A stretch of 64,000 nucleotides of DNA from Candidatus Multivorans sp. (GCA_965224025.1 OZ245033.1:1376001-1440000), one strand, 5' to 3'. Shown: positions 1 through 9,920, counted from the stretch's first letter. Notes: generated by a model from the letters alone, not told the origin. Made by a program: numbers and translations.

Positions 1-472
1 CGATCCGTGTTCCTTCCACGAGCTCCCGACTGACGACTCTTAATCGGCACTCCCGACCAGCCTCCAGTTCGACGGGAGGGGCCAGAGTTGACGCATTCAA
101 AGGAAGAATGATGATCTCCTTGGGGGAGAATCCGGGAGCGATTGCTACGAGCCGATAGCGGTGGCCGGCTGGGAGTATCAACGCGTAGTTACCGTCACCC
201 ACGGTCGTTCGGCTGCGGGCCAAAGGCTCGACTCGGGCCACGGTTGGATCGATCACTCGCTGGAACCATGTCGAGGTCGGTGCGGGCCATGCCTCCACCA
301 GGATGTCGTGCCGGTCCAGGTCTCGAAGAGTGGCGCGGCCCTCGATACGCACCTGAGACCGCGTTGAGATGCCGGCCGATTCAGTCGCCCCACCGATCGT
401 CGCCAGTCCGGCCGTCAGTCCCACTGCCAGGACCAGGCATGTCTCTGCGTTCCTGTGGTACCGGACGCTCAA
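1..472 (-). CDS. Partial secreted protein, carboxypeptidase-regulatory-like beta-sandwich; runs off the left edge
   Basis: Not in the ORF track. Hand translation from TTG 472: MSVRYHRNAETCLVLAVGLTAGLATIGGA...VRIEGRA...TTVGDGNYALILPAGHRYRLVAIAPGFSP. Signal-like hydrophobic stretch and a DGxY...YxLxAxAPGF pattern; frame is open to base 1. Confidence 0.5.
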   Translation of the reverse strand, partial: MSVRYHRNAETCLVLAVGLTAGLATIGGATESAGISTRSQVRIEGRATLRDLDRHDILVEAWPAPTSTWFQRVIDPTVARVEPLARSRTTVGDGNYALILPAGHRYRLVAIAPGFSPKEIIILPLNASTLAPPVELEAGRECRLRVVSRELVEGTRI

Positions 473-792
473 CAGGAGATCGACGTGATGTTGAAGTCGC
501 CGTCAACGCACATGATGCCCCACCACTCTGACTGGCTGCTGATTGTGCCTTCCGGACAGTCCAGCGTTCCGGGGTGACGCTCGGAGCTTCCGCCTTCGTC
601 ACGGGTGCCCAAGTCCCCCAGCGGCGGAACTCATTGTTCTCGCCTCCGGACGTGCCACTCTTTTCACGGTCGGACTTGGCGGTCTTGTACGCCGATGCGC
701 GGAGCCGGTGACCGGGCTCCTGGATGTGTGCCGTCTTTCGCGGCAGCACAGCGTGACGAGGTCCAGTTGCTCGTCCGTGGGAGGGAAGCCGG

Positions 793-1635
793 TCATTGGG
801 ACGGGAGGCTAGCCGCGGTTGCTGCGCCAGCGATGCGGCCCCGGGCGACGATCCTGGCGTCGCCGGACAGGTGCCAGCGGCTGAGGCCGTCCGGTCCGTC
901 CGGAGCGGCATCGAGGCGCAGTTCGAAGCCGCCGCGGGTGGCGGCAACAACAGGCAGTGCGAGCCGGCCATCGGCGATCGCGCAGGCGGCCGCGGCCACG
1001 ATGCCGGTGCCGCAGGCCAGGGTCTCCGCTTCGACGCCGCGCTCGAACGACCGGATGCGGAAGCCCCCGGGACATTCGAGATCGACGAAGTGGACGTTTG
1101 CGCCTTCGCTTCCGAGATCCGGGTGGGAGCGGAGGATCGGTCCGAGTGAGGCGACCGGGGCCTCGTCGAGGTTCGTTTGCCACCAGAGAACGAAGTGGGG
1201 TATGCCGACATCGATCCGTCGGCCGGGGAAGGTTCGGCCGTTCGTCTGCAGGGTCATGGGACGTCCCGGCCCCGGCGCGGCCACGAGTACGGCGGTGCGG
1301 CTCTCGTCGATCGCTTCGGCTGTCAGGGTGCCTGCCGCGGTCTCGATCTGCACGCTGGAAGCGGACGGCTCCTGGTCGAAGGCGAGCCGGGCGGCGCAGC
1401 GGGCCGCGTTCAGGCACAGGTCGGCCCGGGCGCCGTCGGCGTTGGAATAGTCGAGGACGTATCGTCCCCCGGTCTCGCGGTGGAGGCTGAACAGGCCGTC
1501 GGCGCCGACCGATACGCCGCGCCGGCACCAGGCCCTCACCGTCTCGGCGGGCGGAACGGGACGCTCCAGAAGGGCGATGAAGTCGTTGCCGGCCCCTGAG
1601 ACCAGGAAGAACGGCGTGCCCTTCGAGGTGGTCAT
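793..1635 (-). CDS. dapF: Diaminopimelate epimerase
   Basis: SGAGNDF, NADG..CLNAARC, GIPHFV, GANVHF and ERGVEAETLACGTG motifs. Confidence 0.92.
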   Translation of the reverse strand: MTTSKGTPFFLVSGAGNDFIALLERPVPPAETVRAWCRRGVSVGADGLFSLHRETGGRYVLDYSNADGARADLCLNAARCAARLAFDQEPSASSVQIETAAGTLTAEAIDESRTAVLVAAPGPGRPMTLQTNGRTFPGRRIDVGIPHFVLWWQTNLDEAPVASLGPILRSHPDLGSEGANVHFVDLECPGGFRIRSFERGVEAETLACGTGIVAAAACAIADGRLALPVVAATRGGFELRLDAAPDGPDGLSRWHLSGDARIVARGRIAGAATAASLPSQ

Positions 1636-1904
1636 GGCGGCGTGGCCTCGCCGTCCTCGCCGTCCGGTTCGTCCTCAGCCTCTTCGTCGCCGTCCGCGGC
1701 GGCTTCTTCCTCCTCAGGCTCCGCGGCCTCGTCTTCGGCGGGGATCGCCTCGCTGGGCGCGGTTTCAGCGACCGGGTCCGGCTCGCGCAGGGGTGGCAAT
1801 GGATCGCCTTTTCGGCCGCATCCGGTGGTGGTCATCAGGGTCAGCAGGACGGCGACGATCGCGGCCGGCCCGATGGGATCGCAGTAGTTGGACCTACAGG
1901 ACAT
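1632..1904 (-). CDS. Small lipoprotein, LptM/YifL-like, with acidic tail
   Basis: Lipobox followed by CGRKGDPLPP; lies directly upstream of dapF as yifL does in gammaproteobacteria. Confidence 0.7.
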   Translation of the reverse strand: MSCRSNYCDPIGPAAIVAVLLTLMTTTGCGRKGDPLPPLREPDPVAETAPSEAIPAEDEAAEPEEEEAAADGDEEAEDEPDGEDGEATPP

Positions 1905-3267
1905 AGCGGCTGAGATCGCGGTCTTCCACCACGTCGGCGAGTGCCCGGGTCACGTAGGCGGCGTCGACTTCCAGGGCGACGCCTTCCATGTCGGGGGCCT
2001 CGAAGGAGACCTCTTCGAGCAAGCGCTCCATCAGGGTCGCCAGGCGCCGGGCGCCGATGTTCTCGGTCTGGGAGTTCACCTGCACGGCGAGGCGGGCGAC
2101 CTCCTTCACGGCGTCCTCGCGGAAGGAGAGGTCCAGGCCTTCGGCGCCGAGAAGAGCGCTGTACTGCGTGGTCAGGGCGCTGTCCGGCTCGGTCAGGATG
2201 CGGACGAACTCTGCTTCTCCCAGGGCGCTGAGTTCGACCCGGATCGGGAAGCGTCCCTGAAGTTCGGGGATCATGTCGGACGGCTTCGCGACGTGAAAGG
2301 CGCCGGCGCCGATGAACAGGACGTGGTCCGTCTTGACCGGCCCGTACTTCGTCGTCACCGTCGTCCCTTCGACGATCGGCAACAGATCGCGCTGGACGCC
2401 TTCCCGCGACACGTCGGGGCCGTGGCCGCCATTGCGGCCGGCGACCTTGTCGATTTCGTCGAGGAAGACGATGCCTGCCTGCTCCACGCGGAGCCTGGCT
2501 TCCTCGGCGATGTCCTGGCGATCGATGAGAGCCTCCGCCTCCTGCCGCCGCAGGATCTCCCGAGCTTCGGAGACCTCGACCATCTGGCGCTTGCGCTTTC
2601 CGAACAGCCCCGGGAGCATGTCCTTGAGGTTGATCCCCACCGCCTCCACGCCCTGGGGCGTGAACATCTCGAACTGCTGTTGTGAGGCGTCGTCCACTTC
2701 GATCTCGACCATGCGATGGTCGAGGCGCCCCTCTTCGAGCCATTCGCGAAAGCGTTCCCGGGTCTCGGTCGGTGCACCGTAGGCGCCGGGGTCGTCGGTG
2801 TCGGCGGCCGACTGCGGCGCCTGGGGGACGAGGAGCTGAAGCAGTCGCTCGTCGGCTCTCGACGCGGCCTCCGCTTCCACCGCGGCCCGCTTCTCCTCGC
2901 CGACCATCGCGACCGCGAGCTCCATCAGGTCGCGGACGATCGACTCGACGTCGCGGCCCACGTAGCCGACCTCGGTGAATTTGCTGGCTTCGATCTTGAG
3001 GAACGGGGCCCGCGCGAGTTTGGCCAGCCGCCGCGCGATCTCCGTCTTGCCAACACCGGTCGGGCCCATCATCAGAATGTTCTTGGGGGCGATGTCCTCG
3101 GCGGTTTCGGGATCGAGTTGCTGCCGGCGCCAGCGGTTGCGCATCGCGATCGCCACCGCCCGCTTCGCGTCCTTCTGCCCGACCACGTGCCGGTCGAGCG
3201 CCGCGACGATCTCGCGCGGGGTCAGGTTCTCGACGAACTGGGCGCCCTGCGCCGGCTCCGCGGTCAT
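1894..3267 (-). CDS. hslU: ATP-dependent protease ATPase subunit HslU
   Basis: LTPREIV..LDRHVVGQ, GPTGVGKT, GYVGRDVES, FLDEIDK, ELQGRFPIRV, C-terminal DLSRYVL; true start ATG 3267 overlaps the hslV stop. Confidence 0.97.
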   Translation of the reverse strand: MTAEPAQGAQFVENLTPREIVAALDRHVVGQKDAKRAVAIAMRNRWRRQQLDPETAEDIAPKNILMMGPTGVGKTEIARRLAKLARAPFLKIEASKFTEVGYVGRDVESIVRDLMELAVAMVGEEKRAAVEAEAASRADERLLQLLVPQAPQSAADTDDPGAYGAPTETRERFREWLEEGRLDHRMVEIEVDDASQQQFEMFTPQGVEAVGINLKDMLPGLFGKRKRQMVEVSEAREILRRQEAEALIDRQDIAEEARLRVEQAGIVFLDEIDKVAGRNGGHGPDVSREGVQRDLLPIVEGTTVTTKYGPVKTDHVLFIGAGAFHVAKPSDMIPELQGRFPIRVELSALGEAEFVRILTEPDSALTTQYSALLGAEGLDLSFREDAVKEVARLAVQVNSQTENIGARRLATLMERLLEEVSFEAPDMEGVALEVDAAYVTRALADVVEDRDLSRYVL

Positions 3268-3812
3268 GTCGCGGACCCGTCCGATTCGAGGCGCTCCACG
3301 GTGACCTCGTGGTTGGTGTAGATGCAAAGGTCGGCCGTGATCCGCATCGCCTCCCGGGCGACCTGTTCGGCGTCGAGCTCGGTGTGCTTGAGCAGCGCCT
3401 GGGCCGCGGCGAGGGCGTAATTCCCGCCCGAACCGATGGCGAGCGGCATGCCCGCGTCCGGCTCGAGCAGGTCGCCGTTGCCCATCGCGAGGAAACTCTT
3501 CTGGCCGTCGGCGACGATCATCTGCGCCTCGAGCCGGCGCAGCGCGCGGTCGGTTCTCCAGTCCATCGCCAGTTCGATCACGGCGCGCTCGAAGTTGCCC
3601 TGGTACTCGTCGATCTTGGCCTCGAAGCGCGAGAACAGGGCCAGGGCGTCGGCGCCGCCGCCGGCGAAACCGACGAGAATCCGGCCCTGGTTGGCGCGCT
3701 GGACCTTGCGGGCGCGCGCCTTGACCACCGTGTTCGCGGTGCCGTTGGTGACCTGGCCGTCGCTGGCCATGCATGTCACATCGCCTCTGCGGACGAGCAG
3801 GATGGTGGTCAT
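3264..3812 (-). CDS. hslV: ATP-dependent protease peptidase subunit HslV
   Basis: N-terminal TTIL with catalytic Thr, DGQVT, GFAG..ADA, IGSGGNYA, CIYTN. Confidence 0.96.
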   Translation of the reverse strand: MTTILLVRRGDVTCMASDGQVTNGTANTVVKARARKVQRANQGRILVGFAGGGADALALFSRFEAKIDEYQGNFERAVIELAMDWRTDRALRRLEAQMIVADGQKSFLAMGNGDLLEPDAGMPLAIGSGGNYALAAAQALLKHTELDAEQVAREAMRITADLCIYTNHEVTVERLESDGSAT

Positions 3813-3875
3813 GTGGTCGGGTGGTCTCCCCTCAGGTCGGCGGCCGGCGAGGGTCGCGGCAGCGGTCCCCTCGTT

Positions 3876-4700
3876 TCACGGATTCTCTCGCAGAATGTTG
3901 CGCAGCGAGACCTCCGGTTGGGTCCAGCCCGGGCCGCCGATGTAGCGCCCGATCTCCTTGCCGTCGCGGTAGACGATCGCGGTGGGGAGTTCCTTGACGC
4001 CGAGACGGTCGACCTCGGCGTCGCCCCAGGGGTTGTCGTCGCCGAGGCCGTAGTAGGTGAACCGTAGCGGCGATTCCTCAAGCTGTTCGTGGACCTTGAG
4101 TCCGCGCGGCATGAAGCGCTCGCAGACGTGGCACCAGGATCCGAAGACGACCCGGACCTCCACGCCGGCGCCGAGTGCGGCTAGCTCGGCGACCACTGCC
4201 GGGTCGGTCTCGTAGGCGTTCGCCGAGCGGCGATAGCCGGGGTCGTGGTCGTACAGGGCCTCCAGCGTCGCTTCGCCAGCCAGCGAAGGTCGTTGCCGGA
4301 GTTGGGCGCGGATGCCGTCGACGGCGAACTCGAGGCCCTTGGGGATCTGCCGGAAGGGCATCGGAGAGCCGAACAGGGCGCCGGGCAGCAGATCCACCGT
4401 ATCCTCGCCCGTTGGCGAGATCTTCAATAGTTGGACCTTGTACGAGGTCTGGTTGCGGGCGCTCAGCAGTACCGGCGAGGGCAGATCGTCGGCGAGGACG
4501 AGGAACGCGCCCGCGGTTCGCGAGAGGTAGAGCTGGGCGCCGGCGGCCTCCTGGCCCTGCAGGAAGAGCTGGTAATCGCCGACGAGCTGGAAGTCGCGCA
4601 GGTCGTCCTGGGCCCCGGCGGCCCCCGCGGCGGCCAGCAAGACGGCGGCCGCCGATGCGAGCACGAGTCCGGTGGTCGTGCGGGCGTTGGGAAGTCTCAT
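3876..4700 (-). CDS. Secreted thioredoxin-family protein
   Basis: Signal peptide from ATG 4700 (MRLPNART...AAGAQ); GSWCHVC CxxC motif and C-terminal VKELPTAIVYRDGKEIGR. Confidence 0.8.
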   Translation of the reverse strand: MRLPNARTTTGLVLASAAAVLLAAAGAAGAQDDLRDFQLVGDYQLFLQGQEAAGAQLYLSRTAGAFLVLADDLPSPVLLSARNQTSYKVQLLKISPTGEDTVDLLPGALFGSPMPFRQIPKGLEFAVDGIRAQLRQRPSLAGEATLEALYDHDPGYRRSANAYETDPAVVAELAALGAGVEVRVVFGSWCHVCERFMPRGLKVHEQLEESPLRFTYYGLGDDNPWGDAEVDRLGVKELPTAIVYRDGKEIGRYIGGPGWTQPEVSLRNILRENP

Positions 4701-4765
4701 GCGGTTTCCTTTCCTGGAGGCGGGTTGTGTCGTCGAGCGGGGCGGCAGGCGGTCCGGCAGGCGGC

Positions 4766-5740
4766 TCAGCCGCCCTTCGCTCTGGGGTGGCTTTCCCGGT
4801 AGACCTGAAGCAGGCGTCCGGTGTCCACGTGCATGTAGCGCTGCGTGGTCGCAAGGGAGGCGTGGCCGAGCAGTTCCTGGATCGAGCGCAGGTCGGCGCC
4901 GGACTCGAGCAGGTGGGTGGCGAAACTGTGTCGCAGGGCGTGCGGATGAGCGCCCGCCGCCTGTGCCGTTTCGGCGACGTAGCGGTCGATGACGCGGCGG
5001 ACGGAGCGGGCGCTCAGGCGGCTTCCTTTCTGGTTCAGGAACACCGGTTCGTCCTGGTCGGTTCCGGCGCGCGGACTCCTGAACACCTCTTCCCAGGCGT
5101 CGAGCCACTTCCGGAGCGCCTTCTCCGCCGGCTCGCCGAAGGGCGTCATCCGTTCCCGGTCGCCCTTGCCCACGACCCGGAGCACCCTGGCGCCGAGATC
5201 GATGTCGCGCCAGTTCAGGGCGACGAGTTCGCCGACCCGCAAACCCGAGGCGTAGAGCAGCTCCAGGAGCGCGCGGTCCCTGAGACCGAGCGGCCCCGCG
5301 CGGCCGGCGGGCGCCTCGAGCAGAGCGTCGATCTCGCCGTGCCGCAGGTGGCGCGGAAGCGTCTTTTCGACCTTCGGCGTCGGCACCGACTCTGCCGGGT
5401 TCGACTGCATCCGGCCGGTGAGACAGGCGTAGCGGAACAGGCCCCGGAGCGCGGACAGGTGGCGGCCCTGGGTTCGACGGGCCAGCCGGCGCTTGTTCAG
5501 GGAGGCGACGAAGGACCGCACCAGGAGCTGGTCGATGTCCTCGATGTCCGAATGGTTGCCGCCGCCCGCGGCGCGGAAGTCAGCAAAGGCGGCGAGATCC
5601 CGGCCGTAGGCGCGGACGGTGTGCTGCGAGCAGTTGCGCTCCAAGTCCAGGTACTCCAGGAAATCCGCGATCAGCTCGCCGAGCGCGCCGGGACGCTCGG
5701 CTTCTTCGCGCCTCCCGGCGCGCTGAACGGTGGTTCCCAT
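4766..5740 (-). CDS. xerC: Tyrosine recombinase XerC
   Basis: LYASGLRVGEL, GKG, HALRHSFATHLL, LGHASLATTQRY; synteny with trmFO and hslVU. Confidence 0.92.
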   Translation of the reverse strand: MGTTVQRAGRREEAERPGALGELIADFLEYLDLERNCSQHTVRAYGRDLAAFADFRAAGGGNHSDIEDIDQLLVRSFVASLNKRRLARRTQGRHLSALRGLFRYACLTGRMQSNPAESVPTPKVEKTLPRHLRHGEIDALLEAPAGRAGPLGLRDRALLELLYASGLRVGELVALNWRDIDLGARVLRVVGKGDRERMTPFGEPAEKALRKWLDAWEEVFRSPRAGTDQDEPVFLNQKGSRLSARSVRRVIDRYVAETAQAAGAHPHALRHSFATHLLESGADLRSIQELLGHASLATTQRYMHVDTGRLLQVYRESHPRAKGG

Positions 5741-5775
5741 GAGAGTGCTCCGCCGAGGCCCATGCTATCGTCCCG

Positions 5776-5874
5776 AAACCCGTCGCAGGCTCCGTGTTTC
5801 GGCCCATCCCGTCCTTGCCCAGGAGCTTTCGCCGCAGACTTGCTGCGCCGCGTTCTACGGCGCCAGCTCCTTGG
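5776..5874. repeat. Dispersed ~100 bp structured repeat, copy A
   Basis: Aligns by eye with 57070-57170 (shared blocks aaaccYgtcgcaggctccRtgttt, ccaggag, gcgttctacggcgc). Confidence 0.7.
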
Positions 5875-7171
5875 CGGCCCAGGCCTCCAGGGCTTGCCGG
5901 GCGCGGCCCGCGTAGGCGGCGCGTCGCTGTCGCCGCGGTATCCGTCCGGCGAGCGGTTCGAGCAGGCCGTAGTTGATGTTCGTGGGTTGGTAGCGCTTCG
6001 GGTTCGACTCGGTCAGGTGCCTGGCCAGGGCTCCCAGCGCCGTCGTGTCGGGTAGCGGAGGCGGCTGACGGTGCTTGTCCTGGAGCAAGACGTAGAGCGC
6101 CGCGGCCAGCCCGGTGGCCGCCGACTCGAGGTAGCCCTCGACGCCGGTCAACTGTCCGACCAGCCTCAGGTTCGGTCGGGCCGCGATGCGGTACCAGCGG
6201 TCCAGGTGGAGCGGTGCGTTGATGAACGTGTTGCGATGCACCTGGCCGTAGCGGACGAAACGGGCAGATTCCAGGCCCGGAAGGGTGCGCAGGACACGGC
6301 GCTGCTCGGGCCAGGTCATCCGCGACTGGAAGCCGACCAGGTTGTACTGGCTGCGGGCGAGGTCCTCCTGCCGGAGCTGGACGACGGCATGGGGACGTTT
6401 CCCCTCCGGGGTCACAAGACCGACCGGCTTCATCGGCCCAAAGCGCAGGGTGTCCTCGCCTCGGCGGGCGAGTTCCTCGATCGGCAAACAGCCCTCGAAG
6501 AACAGGGGCCGCTCGAACTCGCGCAACTCGATCGTGTCCGCCTCGAGCAACCGGCGATGGAAGCGCCGGTACTCCGCCTCATCGAGCGGACAGTTCAGGT
6601 AGTCGTCGCCTCCCTTGCCGTAGCGGGAAGCCCGGAACAGCAGGTCGTTGTCCAGACTGTCACCCGTGACGATCGGGGCAATCGCGTCGTAGAAGTAGAG
6701 ATGGTCCGCGCCAATCAGTTGCTCGAGCTCCCGCGTCAGCGCTTCGGAGGTCAGCGGTCCGGTCGCGATCACGCAGTCGCATTCGTCTGGCGCCGGCAGC
6801 GCGGTCAACTCCTCGCGCCGCAGTTCGATCAGCGGATGCCCTTCGATCGCCGCTGTCACGGCGGCGGCGAACCCGGCGCGGTCCACGGCCAGCGCGCCGC
6901 CGGCCGGGACCGCGTTGCTTCTCGCGGCGGCGATGATCAGCGAATCGAAGCGCTCCATCTCCCGTTTGAGAAGTCCCGCGGCATGGTGCGGGTCGTCGCT
7001 GCGCAGCGAGTTCGAGCACACGAGTTCGGCGAGATCGCTGCCGGCGTGCGCCGGCGTGGAGCGCTGCGGCCGCATCTCGTACAGAGTCACGGCGCGGCCG
7101 CGGGAGGCGAGCTGGAAGGCGCACTCGCTGCCGGCGAGCCCGCCGCCAACCACTACGACGGGCGCGGTCAT
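5855..7171 (-). CDS. trmFO: Methylenetetrahydrofolate-tRNA-(uracil-5)-methyltransferase TrmFO
   Basis: VGGGLAGSE, AELVCSNS, FYDAIAP, FEGCLP, GPMKPVGL, GVEGYLESAA; start ATG 7171. Confidence 0.96.
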   Translation of the reverse strand: MTAPVVVVGGGLAGSECAFQLASRGRAVTLYEMRPQRSTPAHAGSDLAELVCSNSLRSDDPHHAAGLLKREMERFDSLIIAAARSNAVPAGGALAVDRAGFAAAVTAAIEGHPLIELRREELTALPAPDECDCVIATGPLTSEALTRELEQLIGADHLYFYDAIAPIVTGDSLDNDLLFRASRYGKGGDDYLNCPLDEAEYRRFHRRLLEADTIELREFERPLFFEGCLPIEELARRGEDTLRFGPMKPVGLVTPEGKRPHAVVQLRQEDLARSQYNLVGFQSRMTWPEQRRVLRTLPGLESARFVRYGQVHRNTFINAPLHLDRWYRIAARPNLRLVGQLTGVEGYLESAATGLAAALYVLLQDKHRQPPPLPDTTALGALARHLTESNPKRYQPTNINYGLLEPLAGRIPRRQRRAAYAGRARQALEAWAAKELAP

Positions 7172-7199
7172 CGGTGCATCATGGCAAGTGGCCGCCGGC

Positions 7200-7227
7200 T
7201 TGACAAGGTTCACCGCTCTACTAAGGT
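7200..7227 (+). promoter_or_regulatory. Sigma70-type promoter for topA
   Basis: TTGACA (7200-7205), 16 bp spacer, TAAGGT (7222-7227), 11 nt before the ATG. Confidence 0.6.
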
Positions 7228-7238
7228 GGCCCGCGCGC

Positions 7239-9920
7239 ATGGCTAACTCTCTCGTCATCGTCGAGTCGCCGGCCAAGGCCCGGACGATCGAGCGCTACCT
7301 CGGTCCCGGCTACAAGGTCGAGTCCTCGATCGGCCACATCAGGGACCTGCCGCGGACCGCTGCCGAGGTGCCGCAGAAATACCGGGGGCGCCCCTGGGCG
7401 CGTCTGGGCGTCGATGTCGAAGGCGGGTTCGATCCCCTGTACGTGATCCCCAGCGAGAAGCGAGGTCAGATCACCAAGCTTCGGAGCGCGCTGCGCGGCG
7501 CCGACGAGCTGGTGCTCGCAACCGATGAGGACCGCGAGGGCGAAGCGATCGCGTGGCACCTCCAGGAGGTGCTGCGTCCCAAGGTGCCGGTGCGGCGAAT
7601 GGTCTTCCACGAGATCACGAAGTCCGCCGTCGAGGCGGCGCTGGGCGACACCCGGGAGATAGACCGCCGCCTTGTCGACGCCCAGGAGGCGAGGCGGGTG
7701 CTCGACCGGCTCTATGGCTACGAGGTCTCGCCTGTCTTGTGGAAGAAGGTTCAGCCGCGGCTTTCGGCGGGCCGCGTTCAGTCGGTGGCGACCCGGATCG
7801 TGGTCGAGCGGGAGCGCGAACGGATGGCCTTCGTTGCCGCCGACTACTGGACCGTGGAAGTGGAGCTTGAAACGGAGGACGGCGAGGCAAAGCGCTTCCC
7901 GGCCCGCGTGTCGGCTCTGGACGGCAGGGCTCTGGCGCGCGGGCGCGATTTCGACCGGAACACCGGCAAGCTGAAGACCGCCGCCCACCTCCTGCTGGAG
8001 GCCGAGGCCGGCAAGCTGGGACGCGAGCTGCCGGCGACGCGGCCGGTGGTCTCCGAGGTCAGGGAGCAGCCGTTCACCCGCCGGCCGTACGCGCCCTTCA
8101 TCACCTCGACCCTGCAGCAGGAGGCCGCGAGGAAGCTCCGGTTCACCGCGCAGCGGACGATGAGGGTGGCCCAGGGTCTGTACGAGAACGGCTACATCAC
8201 CTACATGCGGACGGACTCGACCGCGCTTTCGGGCCAGGCGATCGCCGCCGCGCGGCGGCAGATCGTCGAACTCTACGGGTCCGAGTATGCGCCGGAGAAG
8301 CCGCGCTTCTACGCCGGGAGGGCGAACGCCCAGGAGGCGCACGAGGCCATCCGGCCGGCGGGAACGGACTTTCGGACGCCGAAGCAGGTCAGCGGGAGCC
8401 TGGACCGCGACGCCCTCCGCCTCTACGAGTTGATCTGGAAACGGACACTGGCGTCCCAGATGAAGGACGCGAAGGGGACGAGCACCCGCGTCCTCCTCTC
8501 GACGTCCACGCCGTCGGCGGACGCCGTGGGGCTGACCGCCTCCGGCCGCGTGCTTCGCTTTGCCGGGTTTCTGCGGGTCTACGTGGAGAGTCGGGACGAT
8601 CCGAAGGCGCGAGCGGAAGACGAGGAGCGCTTTCTGCCGGCGCTTCGCCAGGGCCAGTCGGTTGGCGTGGCAAGCGCCGAGCCGAAGGGGCATACGACCC
8701 AGCCGCCGGCGCGGTACACCGAAGCCAGCCTGGTGCGGGAGTTGGAAGAGCAGGGTGTTGGGCGGCCGTCGACCTACGCCGCCATCCTTCAGACGATTGT
8801 CGACCGGGGATACGTCTGGAAGAAGGGCTCGGCCCTGGTGCCGACGTTCCTCGCCTTTGCCGTCACGCGGCTGCTCGAAGAGCACCTGGGAGATCTCGTG
8901 GACCTCGACTTCACGGCGCGCATGGAGAACGACCTGGACGAGATCGCCGGCGGCGTCCGCGAAGCGAAGCCCTGGTTGCGTAACTTCTACTACGGCCCCG
9001 AGAAGGGTGCGGCCGGCGATGGACGCCGGGGTCTTCAGTCCATGGTGGGCGAGGGTGTGGACGGCATCGACGCCAGGGCGGTCTGTTCATTGCGTCTGGG
9101 GAAGAACGAGGAGGGCCGGGAGGTGGTCGTTCGCGTCGGCCGCTACGGCACCTACCTGCAGGCCGGCGATGACGGGCAGCGTGTCTCGATCGAGGACAAC
9201 GTGCCGCCGGATGAGGTCACTCTCGAACACGCGTTGGAGCTGCTCCAGGGTGCGTCCGAGCAGAGTGGTCCGCTCGGACTCCATCCGGAGACGGGCGAGC
9301 CGATCTACGCCAAGACGGGTCGGTACGGCGACTACGTCCAGTTGGGCGATCCGAGCCCGGAGAAAAAGGGCCGCAAGCGGTCCGCGAAGGCGGCCAAGCC
9401 CAAGATGGCCAGCCTGTGGCCGTCCATGGACCGCACCAATCTGACGCTGGACGAGGCTGTCCTGGTGCTTTCGTTTCCGCGTGAACTCGGCGACCACCCG
9501 GACACCGGTGAGCCGGTCACCGTGCAGGATGGACGTTTCGGTCCCTACGTTCGCAGCGGTAAGGAGAGTCGCAGCCTGGAAGGCCACGAACAGTTGGCGA
9601 CCGTGACTCTGGAGCAGGCGCTTGGACTCCTGCGTCAGCCCAAGCGCCGGCGCGGCGCCTCGACGTCGGTGCTCAGGGACCTGGGAGAGCATCCCGAGAG
9701 TGGCCTCGAACTCTCAGTGAAGAAGGGGCGTTTTGGGCCCTACGTGACCGACGGTCAGGTCAACGCATCGGTACCCAAGGGCAGAGAGCCGCAGGAGGTC
9801 GGTTTGGAAGAAGCGGTCAGGTTGTTGGCGGCGCGGGAAGAGGGGCTCCGCGCGCAGGGCAAGGATCCAAGAGCGCCAAAGGGACGGCCGTCTCACAAGC
9901 GCCGTCGGGTGAGAAAGTAG
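7239..9920 (+). CDS. topA: DNA topoisomerase I with Topo_C repeats and a basic tail
   Basis: LVIVESPAK, ATDEDREGE, GYITYMRTDS, QEAHEAIRP, GRPSTY; four C-terminal GR(Y/F)GxY repeats and no Zn-ribbon Cys motifs. Confidence 0.97.
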   Translation: MANSLVIVESPAKARTIERYLGPGYKVESSIGHIRDLPRTAAEVPQKYRGRPWARLGVDVEGGFDPLYVIPSEKRGQITKLRSALRGADELVLATDEDREGEAIAWHLQEVLRPKVPVRRMVFHEITKSAVEAALGDTREIDRRLVDAQEARRVLDRLYGYEVSPVLWKKVQPRLSAGRVQSVATRIVVERERERMAFVAADYWTVEVELETEDGEAKRFPARVSALDGRALARGRDFDRNTGKLKTAAHLLLEAEAGKLGRELPATRPVVSEVREQPFTRRPYAPFITSTLQQEAARKLRFTAQRTMRVAQGLYENGYITYMRTDSTALSGQAIAAARRQIVELYGSEYAPEKPRFYAGRANAQEAHEAIRPAGTDFRTPKQVSGSLDRDALRLYELIWKRTLASQMKDAKGTSTRVLLSTSTPSADAVGLTASGRVLRFAGFLRVYVESRDDPKARAEDEERFLPALRQGQSVGVASAEPKGHTTQPPARYTEASLVRELEEQGVGRPSTYAAILQTIVDRGYVWKKGSALVPTFLAFAVTRLLEEHLGDLVDLDFTARMENDLDEIAGGVREAKPWLRNFYYGPEKGAAGDGRRGLQSMVGEGVDGIDARAVCSLRLGKNEEGREVVVRVGRYGTYLQAGDDGQRVSIEDNVPPDEVTLEHALELLQGASEQSGPLGLHPETGEPIYAKTGRYGDYVQLGDPSPEKKGRKRSAKAAKPKMASLWPSMDRTNLTLDEAVLVLSFPRELGDHPDTGEPVTVQDGRFGPYVRSGKESRSLEGHEQLATVTLEQALGLLRQPKRRRGASTSVLRDLGEHPESGLELSVKKGRFGPYVTDGQVNASVPKGREPQEVGLEEAVRLLAAREEGLRAQGKDPRAPKGRPSHKRRRVRK

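Noticed and set aside
1390-1425. DapF first-Cys motif CLNA instead of CGNG
   Set aside because: Both catalytic Cys and the other motifs are retained; treated as ordinary divergence.
4175-6055. Long antisense or alternate-frame ORFs (also 7221-8885, 14524-16524, 59095-60624, 61407-63245)
   Set aside because: Shadows of real genes caused by stop-codon scarcity in high-GC DNA.
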